A stretch of DNA of 64,000 nt, taken from Nemertoderma westbladi (Eukaryota > Animalia > Xenacoelomorpha). The notes under the pieces are model-generated. The model made no database searches, was not told the origin of the DNA, and saw nothing but the letters and a program-made list of their open reading frames with translations. Made by a program: the position numbers and the translations under genes. The DNA is taken from the NCBI GenBank assembly GCA_032718475.1, contig JAUCBJ010008420.1:35897-99896 (forward strand), read 5' to 3'. This document shows positions 51,469 through 64,000 of the stretch, one piece after another (position 1 is the first letter of the stretch; each line of letters begins with the position of its first letter).

Positions 51469-53253
51469 AGAAAATTCTACGTTTACCCAAATATGGACGA
51501 CGCACTGAAGGATCTGATGACGACATCTACTGGCAAAACGAAGGAACTTGATAATACGTCATCAGATAAAGCAAATAAAACTGTGTTATCCAATACCTAT
51601 CAGTCATCAACTCACATGCACTATACGACAGTTATTTCGGAGCAGTTAACTGGCCAATCAACTTATAGTTCCCCTACAACTGACCAATTAACCCGAATCT
51701 CCCATACAACTGGCCAATCAACTCGAATCTCCCCTACAACTTACCAATCAACTCGTATCTCCCCTACAACTGACCAATCAACTCGAATCTCCCCTACAAC
51801 TGACCAATCAACTCGAATCTCACCTACAACTGACCAATCAACTCGAATCTCCCCTACAATTGACCAATCAACTCGAATCTCCCCTACAACTGACCAATCA
51901 ACTCGAATCTCCCCTACAACTGACCAATCAACTCGAATCTCTCCTACAACTGACCAATCAACTCGAATCTCCCCTACAACTGACCAATCAACTCGAATCT
52001 CCCCTACAACTGACCAATCAACTCGAATCTCCCCTACAACTGACCAATCAACTCGAATCTCCCCTACAACTGACCAATCAACTCGAATCTCCCCTACAAC
52101 TGACCAATCAACTCGAATCTCACCTACAACTGACCAATCAACTCGAATCTCCCCTACAACTGACCAATCAACTCGAATCTCCCCTACAACTGACCAATCA
52201 ACTCGAATCTCCCCTACAACTGACCAATCAACTCGAATCTCACCTACAACTGACCAATCAACTCGAATCTCCCCTACAACTGACCAATCAACTCGAATCT
52301 CTCCTACAACTGACCAATTAACCCGTATCTCACCTACAACTGACCAATCAACTCGAATCTCTCCTGCAACTGACCAATCAACTCGAATCTCTCCTACAAC
52401 TGACCTATCAACTCGAATCTCTCCTACAACTGACCAATCAACTCGAATCTTTCCTACAACTGACCAATCACCTCGAATATCCCCTACAACTGACCAATCA
52501 ACTCATCGATCCCCTACCTCTGGCCAACCACGTACTGTTGATACTGATTTCAGTATGGCCCTACCTACTACACCACGAACTACCCCCACTTTACCTCAGC
52601 CACCAGAGGCACCAACACTGCGTGCTCATCCCACCCAGTCATTAAGTACATCCGCAGTGTCCGCTCACGTCCATAAGCAAACTACAACTGACCAATCACG
52701 ATGCAGTAATCTACCCGCCAAAAAACGCCGTTGTCTATCTCTCAGAGAAAGCGCCGAATTTACAACTTTTAAACAGCGCCGTCTATCTCTGGAACTATCT
52801 ACTTCATTGACACCATCGGAGTCCCCATCACTCATGACGTCAATGTATCCCATCAGTGAGACGTCTCTCACACTAATGGTCACTATGACGTCACCCGTCC
52901 CCATCCCGCCATCGCTGACGTCATCACCCTCCACTCGTCTGTCTAATACGTTTTTACCTGTGGATACTCGAATCACCATGACATCACCACAGCCCGCTAT
53001 GACGTCATCGGCTAATACTCCGACATCACTGGGCCCTTCTCAACTCAATTTAGTAACACAAGCTTATTTTCCGTTGCCGATGACGTCACCTACTCCGGTG
53101 ACGTCATCCTGTTCCCCCATTGTGTGCGAAGAGTCACCTACAGCGAGTCGTGACGTCACAGACAGCGAGGACGAGCTGCCCTCGGAGCGTCTTGTAAGAC
53201 TGTCGTCAGGGACAACACCAGCTGTAACTAGCGCTTCAGTAAACGCCATATAA
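51469..53253 (+). CDS. shn: Terminal exon H: Thr/Ser/Pro-rich tail with a 10-aa repeat and NLS-like PAKKRR
   Basis: atttacag|AGAAAATTC, phase 0, open to TAA at 53251-53253 (600-aa ORF). Linkage to exon G is inferred from phase and splice signals only. Confidence 0.7.
   Translation, partial: RKFYVYPNMDDALKDLMTTSTGKTKELDNTSSDKANKTVLSNTYQSSTHMHYTTVISEQLTGQSTYSSPTTDQLTRISHTTGQSTRISPTTYQSTRISPTTDQSTRISPTTDQSTRISPTTDQSTRISPTIDQSTRISPTTDQSTRISPTTDQSTRISPTTDQSTRISPTTDQSTRISPTTDQSTRISPTTDQSTRISPTTDQSTRISPTTDQSTRISPTTDQSTRISPTTDQSTRISPTTDQSTRISPTTDQSTRISPTTDQSTRISPTTDQSTRISPTTDQLTRISPTTDQSTRISPATDQSTRISPTTDLSTRISPTTDQSTRIFPTTDQSPRISPTTDQSTHRSPTSGQPRTVDTDFSMALPTTPRTTPTLPQPPEAPTLRAHPTQSLSTSAVSAHVHKQTTTDQSRCSNLPAKKRRCLSLRESAEFTTFKQRRLSLELSTSLTPSESPSLMTSMYPISETSLTLMVTMTSPVPIPPSLTSSPSTRLSNTFLPVDTRITMTSPQPAMTSSANTPTSLGPSQLNLVTQAYFPLPMTSPTPVTSSCSPIVCEESPTASRDVTDSEDELPSERLVRLSSGTTPAVTSASVNAI
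51651..52530 (+). repeat. 30-bp coding minisatellite, about 29 x TDQSTRISPT
   Basis: Unit tgaccaatca actcgaatct cccctacaac; degenerate copies at both ends. Confidence 0.95.
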
Positions 53254-54409
53254 TTCCAACCCTTTGTGCTAAATTGATGCGTATTTGTACAACCAGCTCC
53301 TATTGGGTCTCTTTAGGCTCAATACCTCCAGAGTGAGTTTATGTATAACATCAGTGCGGTCGTGTAGTTCCCTGTTTTGGTGTACGAATACAATAATAAT
53401 AATAATTAACGCTTGAGGTTGTAACTTTATGACGAGGGGCTGTATAAACTCTTAACCCTATCTAGTCCGGCCTATTTTACTACGTATTTTTAAAACTTTT
53501 TTAGATCTTGGCTCAACAATTGCAATTTGAATCGCTGATCACGATAAAACTTATTAAAAATATTTTCTGGCAATCCAACTACCATTTTTTTGTGCTATTT
53601 TGGTCCCCCAGGACGAACAGTACAAGTCAAAAAAATGTAACCCAAAAAATGTTTGTTTGTTAATTCTGAAGGTATACGGGTTTTAGAGGTCGGCTAATCA
53701 CGATGAAACTAGTTATAAATCATTCGTGGTAGTGCACCTATCGTTTTTGGTGCTTGTCTGGTGGAACGAAACTTACAAGTAGCATAAAATTTAAAACGGC
53801 AAAAATCTAATTTCGTTGGATGATACTATTATTACGATACTGCGACACCCCCCCCCCCCCCCCCCCCCCCCCATTAACCCTCCCCACCCCCCATTTCTTA
53901 CACATTGTACACAAACTCACCCGAGATTTTATGAGCCTAAAGTGACACCAATAAGCCCCCACTATCAGTCGGATTGTTGTCTCTGCTGCTATGTAGTTAA
54001 TGTACGTAATTTCGGTGCACGTGATATTGTTGCCTCTATGTACTTCATGTAGATTCCTTTTAGTACTTTAATTGTTCGTTTTTTGTGTTAAAGAATTGTA
54101 GTTATTTTTGTCAATTGTCATCGTATAGAGTGTTGTATTTTTTGAGATGTAAAATTTTTAAATCAATGTACAAAACAGGGTCTAACTAACTAAGTAAGTA
54201 TCGTATTGTTTTGCATTCCTTTTCATTGCCGATTTGTTGAAATATTTGCTTTGTTGTATTTATATTTATGTATATAATATATTGTGAGTCTACGTACAAA
54301 ATTTTATGATTATATTACATTATTATATGGCTGGAAATTGCAATATTTCAAACTTCTTGGACTTGGCAATTGACTATTAATTGGGACCCTGACTATTAAC
54401 TGGTTGTCC

Positions 54410-54490
54410 TTCTCCCAATTGTCCGAGTCCCAATTGTCCGGCTCCCAATTGTCCGGCTCCCAATTGTCCGGCTCCCAATTGTCCAGATCC
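54410..54490. repeat. 15-bp tandem repeat (cccaattgtccggct) x about 5
   Basis: Directly visible in the sequence. Confidence 0.85.
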
Positions 54491-54499
54491 AACTTTGGT

Positions 54500-54760
54500 G
54501 ACAGGTAGACAGACAGACATACAGACAGACATTATAGACTTCGCTAAAAATGAAATCTGACATCAGCAATGAAATCAGCGACTAGGAAAACCACATCAAA
54601 AAAGTGTAAGCTAGTTGGTATGATGTCCCTATTTTGAAAGACAGATTGTCGGAGGGATAGACAGACTGACATACAGTAGAGGTCTATTAGTTTTCGTTAA
54701 AAGTAAAAACTGACGTTTGTTTGGAGTGAAATCAACGACCAGGAATACCCCATAATAAAA
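54500..54760. repeat. Dispersed repeat with (AGAC)n microsatellite, related to 27720-27830 (Helitron/Helentron-associated-like)
   Basis: agacagacagacatacagacagac plus gaaatctgacatcagcaatgaaatcagcgactaggaa. The family call is tentative. Confidence 0.4.
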
Positions 54761-54776
54761 CTTTTAGCTATAGAAG

Positions 54777-55165
54777 GGTCAGAGTAAAACGCGGATCCGG
54801 ATCAGGATCCGGATTCTATCATTTAACATTGTCCCTATGGAAGTCGACTGAATTAACATTTTTCGGGTGTAATCTGCGGATCCGCGCACTGCTAAATTTA
54901 CCGAATCCGTAACCGAGTGTAAAATGCGGATTGGCCTTTTTTCAGATCCGGAAAGGAGTGTAAAGCGCGGATTCATGTTTTAGGCTAAATCCTGATCGGA
55001 GTGTAAAACGCGGATTCATATTTCTACTGAATCCGGGATTGGGTGTAAAACACGGATTTACATTAATTACCAAGTTTTATTGGATCCGGAATGGAGTGTA
55101 AAACACTGATTTTCGTTAATTACCAAGTTTTGTTGGATCCGGAATGGAGTGTAAAACACGGATTT
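54777..55165. repeat. Dispersed repeat with tandem gtgtaaaac(g/a)cggat subunits
   Basis: Same family as 30447-30730. Confidence 0.6.
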
Positions 55166-56750
55166 CCGTTAATTAATTACCAACCCTGCAAACCATAGCA
55201 ACATTAAAATAATGTTTATTAACATCTTTATTCATATAATAAAATATTAAAATTCAAATGTTAAACTAATGCCAGTTTTAATATTTTTTTGGCAAAGCGC
55301 TCGGACCCTGTGCAATAGAAGTGCACTTTTGGCAGTATTCGGTTACCAATATTAATCAGTGTTATTTTAACATTGGAATTTTAATAGTTAGTGGATTTCC
55401 CACCCTTAACATTCTAATGTTATTCTAAAATTAAGCTAATATTGGAATTATTTCATAGCATTCTCATAGCATTCCTGATTTTTTTTCTCACTATTTTCTC
55501 ATTATTATTCTAACATTAGTACATCAATACTAAAACATTATGATTTTAATGTTATTAAATGCATGGTATCTTGTAATAGGCCTACATAGAGTTTCCATAT
55601 AAACAATGTTATTTCTATAAATGCAAAAACTTATTACACCTGAACAAAATTGGTGCGGTTTGTTTTATAATATTACAGAATAACAATGGGTAAAAACGCT
55701 ATTTATTAATATTATAATCATAATGTGAATAATAATGTTAGTATGTGTACACCCGTTGAAAATATGGAAATGAAACCCACCAACCCAAGACGCAATGCTT
55801 TTATCTTATTATCTTATAGCAAATATAACTAACAACAGTAATTTATAATAATGTCTGGTTAATCCCCAATGTAGTGCTAATCTCGTAGGTATAAAAACAC
55901 AGAACGTTTCCGATACCTAATAGGACAATCTATTACAATTTTATTATTAATTGAAAAGATATTGCAAGAAACAAACAATTAAAATTTGATATAAATATAA
56001 ATAAAGGTTGACCTATTTTATGCACATGTATAGGGCCTACGGTATAAAGTTCTTATAAGTCCAATCAAAAGTCTCAATTCCAGTCTCGATTTCGTTTTCT
56101 ATCTTTTCGATTGCGATACACTCCTCGGCTCCTCCAACTTTTCTAGCACTGTAAAGTAATTAAGATTACATTAATTAAGATTTCATTGATTACATTATTA
56201 AGATTACCATAATATTAAGTTGACAGCGAAACGGTATTCCGTCATATAAGTTAAGAAAATTATGTTATAAATCCTCAAACCTAAACCAACCCACCCACAT
56301 GCATAATATTTAACACACAAATCCTCACCACTATTATTTATCTAATACAAAACTAATCTTTCTTTATATACCCATAATCGCACCATTATTGCATTAAATT
56401 ATAATATTTAATTAAATTTTGAGGTCTATGCATTATAATATAATTATACTTACATGTGCTTAGATCCATCAACGCGCCACGCAACTTGAACAAAATAGTT
56501 TGTAATCACTTTCTCTATCTTCGCGTCAACACCATAGGCCTAGTGTTCAGTGAGAAAGCTAGAAGAAATTTAATTGAAAATTAATTTAAATTTGTATCTC
56601 TAACTGAGCCTCGTGCTGCGCGAAGGTCCCACGGACGTGTTTTGTTAGGTTATTATGTTACGAGCTTCAAACTATAGCAATTCTTTCTAGGGTACAGAAT
56701 AAATTTATTTACTTTACTTTCTTTACATAAAATGAAACACAATAATATTA

Positions 56751-59700
56751 TGTTCAAATTATCCTACTGCGTGAATGCGGGGCGAGCTGTTACGGTATAT
56801 GGCGCTGTATCCACAGTATTAGTCCATTATGCAGTATGCAGTATTAGTCCATTATGCAGTATGCAGTATTAGTCCGTTATACTGTACGTAATATTAGTCC
56901 GTTGTGCAGTATAATTATTTAGATAAGGCGCAGTGTGGTGACATTTAGGTAAGGAAGTTAAAACGCCCATATATTTTGCATCCATTCATTTTGTATAGTA
57001 TGTAGCCCTACCTACGTAATTTTGTATTAGGATATATGTAGATAGTTCCAGGGTAGCGAGTTTACTCGGACCCTGGATTTTGTGCTTGCTGATATTAGTT
57101 TGATAGGGCTAGCATATAGGGACGCTGTCCTGGCCATTCAGCAGCCAGAGACGTGATCCATTACCATATATGGTAATAATTTGAGGGCATAGGGCTACAA
57201 TCCGGTCTCCTTATTGGATTAACTGCTTCCAGGTTGGTTTAATGCTAGCATGGACTGGAGAGCCAATGGGAGAGCGATTGAGTCACCTTATTGCATCACC
57301 CCATCGGGATCACCTATAAATTGGCGGTGTGCCGGTAGGGCCTTTTGTTGTTCATATGTTCATGCCTTATCACATGACACACCCCTGTTACAATTTACTT
57401 GCTGAGCTGTCTCTAATTTTGTATTAGGATATCGTATTTTCTGCAATTTGCTAATTTTGATTAATTTCTTGGAATGATTTGCTAGTACGATTACTTTGCT
57501 TGTGTTTCTCAATAATTCCTTCGATTACTGCAAATTACAATCGAACTATGATTTCTACCTTTGATTGATGGTTCTATGTGATTCTTTTCTGCGCAATAAT
57601 CCCAAGGGATTCCTGAGACTGTCAGACTTTGTGATTTGCATGCGCCGCTACGGTAGCTATTAGCATCATGGAGGGCTAAGGTGCCAGTGGGCGGTGGGCG
57701 CATCGGGGGGTTGAGCGACTAGGAGAGAGCGGAGGATTCAAAGCGGGCAACGCTGGCCAGGGTCACCGTTGCGGGCGGGTATCTTGCACTGCGGCACGCA
57801 GACCGATCGCCGGTACAGTATCTAGGGGGCTGATGATCCAGGTTTTGTCTCTATTTAGTATTAGGGGGGCAGGAATTGGGTTAGTTAGGAATCCTAGATG
57901 TACCCGGGAGAGGCCTGCGCGTATTACAACGTTGAGTGTGGAGTACGAGTAGTGAATTGCACAATTGTAAACTGTGATTTCTAACGCTGATTGGTGTGTT
58001 ATTGAAGTGTGCCTAAGATTACGAATGCTTAGATAGGCGCTCCTTTTCCTTTGATTGATTTCTATTTCTTAGTTACAATAATTAGTTATTGATTAGGTCA
58101 ATGTAATACGGCAATTTAGGCTATTACTAGCGAAACCTGTTGCGTGATAAATTAGAATTACGTATTCTGGAACTCTTAGTAATTAGTACGCTGTTAAATA
58201 TTTGTGACTGTAATTAATTAGTAAAAAATTAAGAATTAGTACGCAGCATAGCGGAGAGTAGCTAAGGTAATAATTAGTGTACTGTAAACTATTCACGCTG
58301 AGCGGTTATTTGCATTAGCGGGCAATCAGCTAGAACGCACTATTCGGTACGCACGATACGCTAGTAATTTTGCTGGCCTAAAGCCAGTCGCGGGCAGTTT
58401 TAGACTCGGAGTGGTATTATCCACGTAGAAACAGATACTGTACCATTTTGATATTTTAAATATTCTCGCATTCACACATTACGTTAGGGAACCTCCAGTA
58501 TTCGCGATTAGAAAGACGTAGGTAATAGCGTGCTTTAATAGTGATAAAATTAGGCGTAAGAATACTCTGAGTGCAAGGCCTCTCGCACTCGTCTTAAGTA
58601 AGCTTAGGGAGCCGACTCGGGTTTATTGTTTTGGTTATTCCTGCGTGGCTCATAGATTCGAACAGTTAGCTCTCTATCGAGCAATCGGTAGAGAAAGGAA
58701 CAAGCGATTTTGCAGGAGTTGTGTAAATTTAGTAAAATATATTAGCGGACGGCAGATTAGCGCCATCTAACGGTAAGTAGCGGTTTGTATTTAGCAACCC
58801 TTACAATTTAGTAATAGCACACTCCTGATCCCCTTTACTTAACAGTAGAGCAGTCTTTGTGTCTTATTGGTTAGACGAGAACTTATTAGGTTGGCAGAAG
58901 GATATTAAGGGTATTGGTCTGTTCAACAGTTCTGCTGTTAGTATAGAGGTCGCGGTTGTTTATCAGTAATACGCGCTTTATTGGCTGTAGGCTGTAGCGT
59001 ACAGTCAATAGAGTATTCTTAGGCTGATTAGTAGTATCACAGTATTAAGTAATAAGTTAGAGCACGTGATCGTCTGCTGTAGGCTATAGGCTAGCGTACA
59101 GTAAGACATTGAGTATATTTATTCTATTAGGCTGTTAGTTTAGATTACTGTATTCACTGGCTGCGTACAATAGTACAGTAGTACATTAGGCTGATTGTTG
59201 TTACTGCGGACGGTAGAAGGACATTTGTTTGCCGTACCACACACAGTATCATTAGGCTGTTAGGTTGGTGTACTGTTTTACTTACTGTGCTGCATACAGT
59301 GAATGTACGGTAGTGCGTTTTGCTAATTGCGAATACAGCAGTTCCTTAGGCCTTAGGGCAAACAGTAATTAGTAAGTTTTTTGAAAATTTTAGCTAGGTT
59401 TGCGAGAATTCAGTTTTCGGTCAAAATTATTTTGTAAAATTCTAGAGTTTTGTACCGGTATGTTAGGTAACCGCTTAGTTATTTTATACCATCTGGAGAT
59501 ACATGGCAAGACGGAACTTCTGAGTTTGGGGTTCGTGTGGGTCTGCGGGTTCGGTTTGCAATCAGCGAAGGGCTTGAATCTTTGGACGCGGACGTGGAAT
59601 CTCACAGCAAACAAGGTTGGTTGTTCTGTTGGCACCAGTGTGTTTGTGGAAGCAGTAAAAAATTACCGGTTGTTTAACTGCGAAGCTGAACTCAATTTAT

Positions 59701-62700
59701 TAGTTAGGATATTTAGGTTTAGCCGGCCATGGTTTTTTGAATCGCTCAAGTTAGAGAGAGAGTTAGAGAGAGTCGCAACCCGAAGATGTAGCCACGCGCT
59801 AGTGGATACATATAATATTTGAAATTAAAATTACGTTGATTGGAGCTATATATATAAAATTAGAAATATTTGGGTGGCAAATTTATCTTGAATATTTTGT
59901 ATTAGATTCAAAGTTATTTTGTGCTATACCGGTATTTAATACTATATAGTAGCTATATAATAATATTTTTTGTTTAAATATTGTGTTAGTATTTGCTATA
60001 ACTATATACCCCATTAAATTCACAATATTGCATTGCGAATTTATTTGACATTTGGACCAACTGATTATTTGACAAATAATTTGACCGTATTTCGGTTAAA
60101 TTATAATTATATCTCGAACTTTTGCGAGATTTTTGCCAGAAGGCAAATATTATTTAGACTATGAGTGTCTCAGACAAAGAGGCACTAGAGGACAGCTATG
60201 AGACGGCGGCTGGACCGCCGACTGACGATAGCGTAAATAATACTGTTGATGACAATGCCGACTATGACGACGCAGCGAGCGACGCTGACGTAAGTGAACA
60301 GGAGGACGAGACAGTGACTAGTGAGGAAGAACAGCAGCCTCAGGTAATAGTATTAGGATCCCCTACCGCTACTGTAAGGAAGGATTGTACAGCAACCCGG
60401 ACAGAGGTGAGTGATAGGGAGGGTAGTGTAGTAGAAGCGAGAGCCCGGAGCCCGGTTTCCAGACCTGTGGGTATGGTAAGTGCCGTGGTCCCGACGGCTG
60501 TTAGGAGTACCCGTAGTTCCCGAAATAATCCTTCAAGTCCACCGAGCGTAAGTCAGGTGAGCGAGAGAGAACTTGATATCGCGATAAAGAAGAAACTTCG
60601 CGCGCATGCCGGACATATAACTCGGACGGCGGACAAGGTAAGGAAGATGTTAGCTGACCCAGCGAACATCGGGAGGGTAGAGTTAGTAGAGATTAGAAGA
60701 GGATATAACTCAGCGTTATTCAAGCAGACAGAGGAGCTTGCAGTCCTAGCGAAGAAGGCAGTAGAGTCTCAGTCGAGCGACGTAGCAACGAGGATTTACG
60801 ACAGGGTTTTAGCAGCCTTGTTAGAGCACCGCGAGTTATCGGAGCGATTCCGACGAGTTAGGACGGAGAACTGGCTGCTATGGGCATCACAAGCGCAGGC
60901 GACTCAGGTGAGTGACGCAGAGTTGAGAGACTTAGTGGAGCGAGAAGAGATCCAAGATAAGGAAGAGCGCCGTTATCAGAGGGAAGTTACTAGCTGGCTG
61001 ATGCAGAATGGAGTGGTGGTACCAGGCCAGGTGCTACCGACGACGGAGAACATTCAACAGAGGACGTTGACTCCACCCGACGACGCATCTAGAGACAGCG
61101 GCGATTCCCAGGTTAGTCACGCGCGAGGTAAGGTAATATGTGCTAGATCCCTTGTTTCTCACAACTCGGCGGAGGAGAGAAGACGCCGACTAGACGAACA
61201 GCAGGCGGAAGTTTTGCGTGCACAGGAAGCACGGAAGGAAGCTGAGCAGGAACGGGAGCGCACACGTAAGTTGGACGCAGAGTTACGAGAGTTGGAAGAG
61301 ATAAGTAAGCGCGAGCGAGCGGAACGCGAGCAAAGGGAACGTGAACTCCAAGCCGAGCGCGAGCGCGAGGAACTCGAATGCGAACAGAGAGAACGCGAAC
61401 TCCAACTCGAATGCGAACGGGAAGCGAAGAAACGCGAACTCCAACTTGAATGCGAACGGGAAGCGAAGAAACGCGAACTCCAACTCGAACGCGAACAGGA
61501 AGCGAAGAAACGCGAACTCCAAGCCGAACGTGAGCGCAAGAAACTCGATCGTGAACAGAAGGAGCGCGAGCTTCAACTCGAACGCGGACGCAAGGAACGC
61601 GAACTCGAGATCGAGAAAAGAAGACGCGCATTGTATGAAGAAAAGGCGCGAGTGGAAGAAGAGAGCGCAGCGAGACGAGCGAGGGAAGAAGAAGAGCGTA
61701 AACTGGCGTAGTTGGAAAGTGCGAGATTAAGTTTAGAGAGCGAAGAATGGACTAGGAAGGCGAACGAAATCGCCGAGAAGGGGATGCGAATGCTCGAAGA
61801 ATGTGGGGCGAGTGTGGGGACAGAGTTGCGAGAACTGTTCGCACTGCAGAAGGCCGAACAGGAAGCGAGAACTCCGACTATACGCGAGTCAACGACGACC
61901 AGAATTCCTATACCCGGTCCAGCTATTACGAGTACACGGATCGTTAAACCATTCTCTACATATCGCACGCCAGTTGGTATTAGTGCTTCACCTATCGCCC
62001 AGGATCTACGTCATCGGAACGCCGCACCACTGTATACCGAACGTGACAACGGAGAATTTAGAGAAGAAACTCCGACGGGCCGAGTATTTGGCGAACCGAA
62101 CCCGCGGGTTTGGAATACGCGGACGGAGCGCCGACCCAGTTCGACGGAGAACTTCCGGGTTAAACCGGAAGAGGGATCATATGAGAGACAGCGGATTACT
62201 CAGATAGAGCCGACTATGCAACAGAACCCTAGCCAGGAATTTATTACGAGGGATGAGTTAAGTGCTAGTTTAGCGCAAGCTATATCGCCGCACATCCAAC
62301 CTATAACGGACATGCTTAGCAACCTACGGTTAAAGGAAGCAGCCCAGGTAAGAAGTAATTCTAATCCTAGCAGGCCTGAGTTAGATAAAGTCCAGCCTAG
62401 TCAACGAGTACGCATATCGGAGGAGACTATACCACATAGACCTCAGGTAAGGACGCCTGTCCCGAATATCCATAATCCCAATTTCGAAAATTCGGCAGAA
62501 AGATTTATTGAGGAAGCTTGGGTCAGGGCCTCGGCGCGCAAACCATCGCGAGCGCTAAGGACTGACACTGAGTCAAGCGATGAAGAGGAAGAAATGAGAC
62601 GTCAGAAGTCCCGAAACTATAAGGAAAGAAGGACGGACGCGGAGCAGGTAAGTTGGAACCACCGGGAAAGGACCAGACTTAACAACCCTGCGGAACTAAA

Positions 62701-64000
62701 CCATTTGTTGACCCGGAACGACGCAACCCTTAGGGACATAGGTAAGTTTGCTGCTAGGCAAGGACTGCCGACGCAGCAACCCCAGAAGTTTATGGGTAAC
62801 CATAAACATTGGAGGACCTTCAAAACCTATGTCGACGAGCAGCTAACCAACAGCACCTTTACTCCCAACGAGAAGTTCAACTATTTGCTTCAGATGCTCC
62901 ATCGAGAACCTAGAGCCATTGCTGATAATTTCGTCGGCAATGAAAGAGCATTTGAGTTAGCGATGAAGACGCTTAGTGACATCTACGGGAATAAAACCAA
63001 GATGGCGCAGTCGATAGTAGAAGACTTGGGTAAGGGCGGAAGGATTACAACTCCGTTAGAGCTGTTGAATTTAGCGAACGCTATTTCGAACGCATTGGAC
63101 ATCTTGAGGACGGTGAATCTACCTCATCATGGTGATCACGCCGAAGTTTTGAAAAGCGTAATAAGACGTTTAAACATGCGTTACAGACAGAAATGGCGCA
63201 AATTAGAGAATAAGTTGGAGGGCCAAGGTAAGGTGTTGACACTTCAGCATATTCATGACATGATAGCCACAGACGCAGTAGCAGAGATGAAATCAAACTT
63301 CTCAGAAGAGAATATGAGGGAGTCTAAACCTGTTACCGGTAAGTCTATGGTAAGTTTTGACGATGACAGGACCACTGTGACATTTAACTCAGTAGACAGA
63401 TATAATTCGAATACCCCAGCCTTTAGATCAGACTCGCGAGTATGGTCAGGTGAGCGGTTAGATAGACCTAGGTTAAAGCAACAGGAGTTGCCGGATGGAT
63501 TTGTAGGTTGCCAATACTGTTTACTAAAGGAGGTAAGATCTGACGACCATAAGTTAGATAGTTGCAGACGGTTCAAAGAATTAAATTCGGAACAGAGAAG
63601 AGTTCAAGTGCGGACGTTGGACACCTGTTGGGCTTGTCTTGCGCCAGGCCATGTACGGCGGCAGTGCCCGAACAGCAAGGACGGATGCATGGAATGCGGC
63701 AGACTACATCACAAGTTGCTACATGCGGATTTCCACACCCCAACGGACCGTTACTTACAGCGAAATCCTCAAAGGAAGGGGAGCAAAGAACCCGTATCGA
63801 TAAGGAGGAATACGTACACTGGCATCCAAGACGATGGTTACCAACCAGGTTCGTCGGACGAGGATGGCGAGTCGAGCGCGAGAGAAGTGACCTGCCAAGG
63901 TTTCACCGCGGATAGTTCATCGACCAGCGTGCGGACGTATTTATCATCGGCCATGTCGGAAATATTTAGTGTGATTCCGGTGAAACTCACTGGCGATAAG
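56751..64000 (+). mobile_element. BEL/Pao LTR retrotransposon, 5' part (left boundary uncertain; runs off the window)
   Basis: Composition shifts near TGTT at 56751, followed by a long untranslated region and then a gag-pol frame from 60161. PBS and LTR end were not identified. Confidence 0.7.
60161..64000 (+). pseudogene. BEL/Pao Gag(-Pol) frame with one in-frame TAG at 61709-61711
   Basis: Acidic N-terminus and E/R coiled coil, then in the same frame PQKFMGNHKHWRTF...EKFNYLLQML...AMKTLSDIYGN (DUF1759-like). Triple Cys knuckle CQYC..H.LDSC..F / CWACLAPGHVRRQC / CMECGRLHHKLLH, then IFSVIPVKL at the protease start. Confidence 0.85.

Noticed and set aside
51860-52321. Alternative-frame ORF (LTNQLESPLQ)n
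   Set aside because: Shadow frame of the 30-bp repeat; the TDQSTRISPT frame is the one continuous with the flanking exon.
40393-53253. Separate downstream zinc-finger gene
   Set aside because: Fingers are split across exons D/E and E/F with matching phases, so these exons continue the Schnurri frame.
53846-53891. Poly-C/poly-G runs (also about 4603 and 25763) as G-quadruplex elements
   Set aside because: Simple homopolymers with unreliable length and no supporting context.

Overview
AT-rich animal (invertebrate-type) genomic DNA. The window is dominated by one long plus-strand gene, a Schnurri/HIVEP-family zinc-finger transcription factor. I can reconstruct eight phase-compatible GT-AG exons: 18270-18359, 23759-23919, 25318-25477, 33214-39208, 39456-39614, 40393-40525, 50970-51197 and 51469-53253 (about 2,900 codons; the 5' exon was not found). 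The most striking feature is two huge, near-homogeneous minisatellites in this gene, each an amplified splice junction of one of its own zinc-finger exons. Array 1 is 92 copies of a 54-bp unit (3' splice site plus the first 40 nt of the exon; in frame, no stops). Array 2 is about 201 copies of a 50-bp unit (exon end plus 5' splice site, which also recreates a 3' splice site and so forms a 13-nt microexon-like cassette). A third, 30-bp coding repeat lies in the last exon. The predicted protein carries about 7 C-terminal zinc fingers beyond the canonical Schnurri set. The flanks contain two exons of a minus-strand rhodopsin-like GPCR, a decayed and nested transposon field (RLE-type and CR1/L2-type LINEs, Sola-like, Academ-like and YqaJ-carrying TIR elements), intronic non-autonomous TIR elements, and the 5' part of a BEL/Pao LTR retrotransposon. 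All family assignments come from motif recognition by eye; no searches were run.
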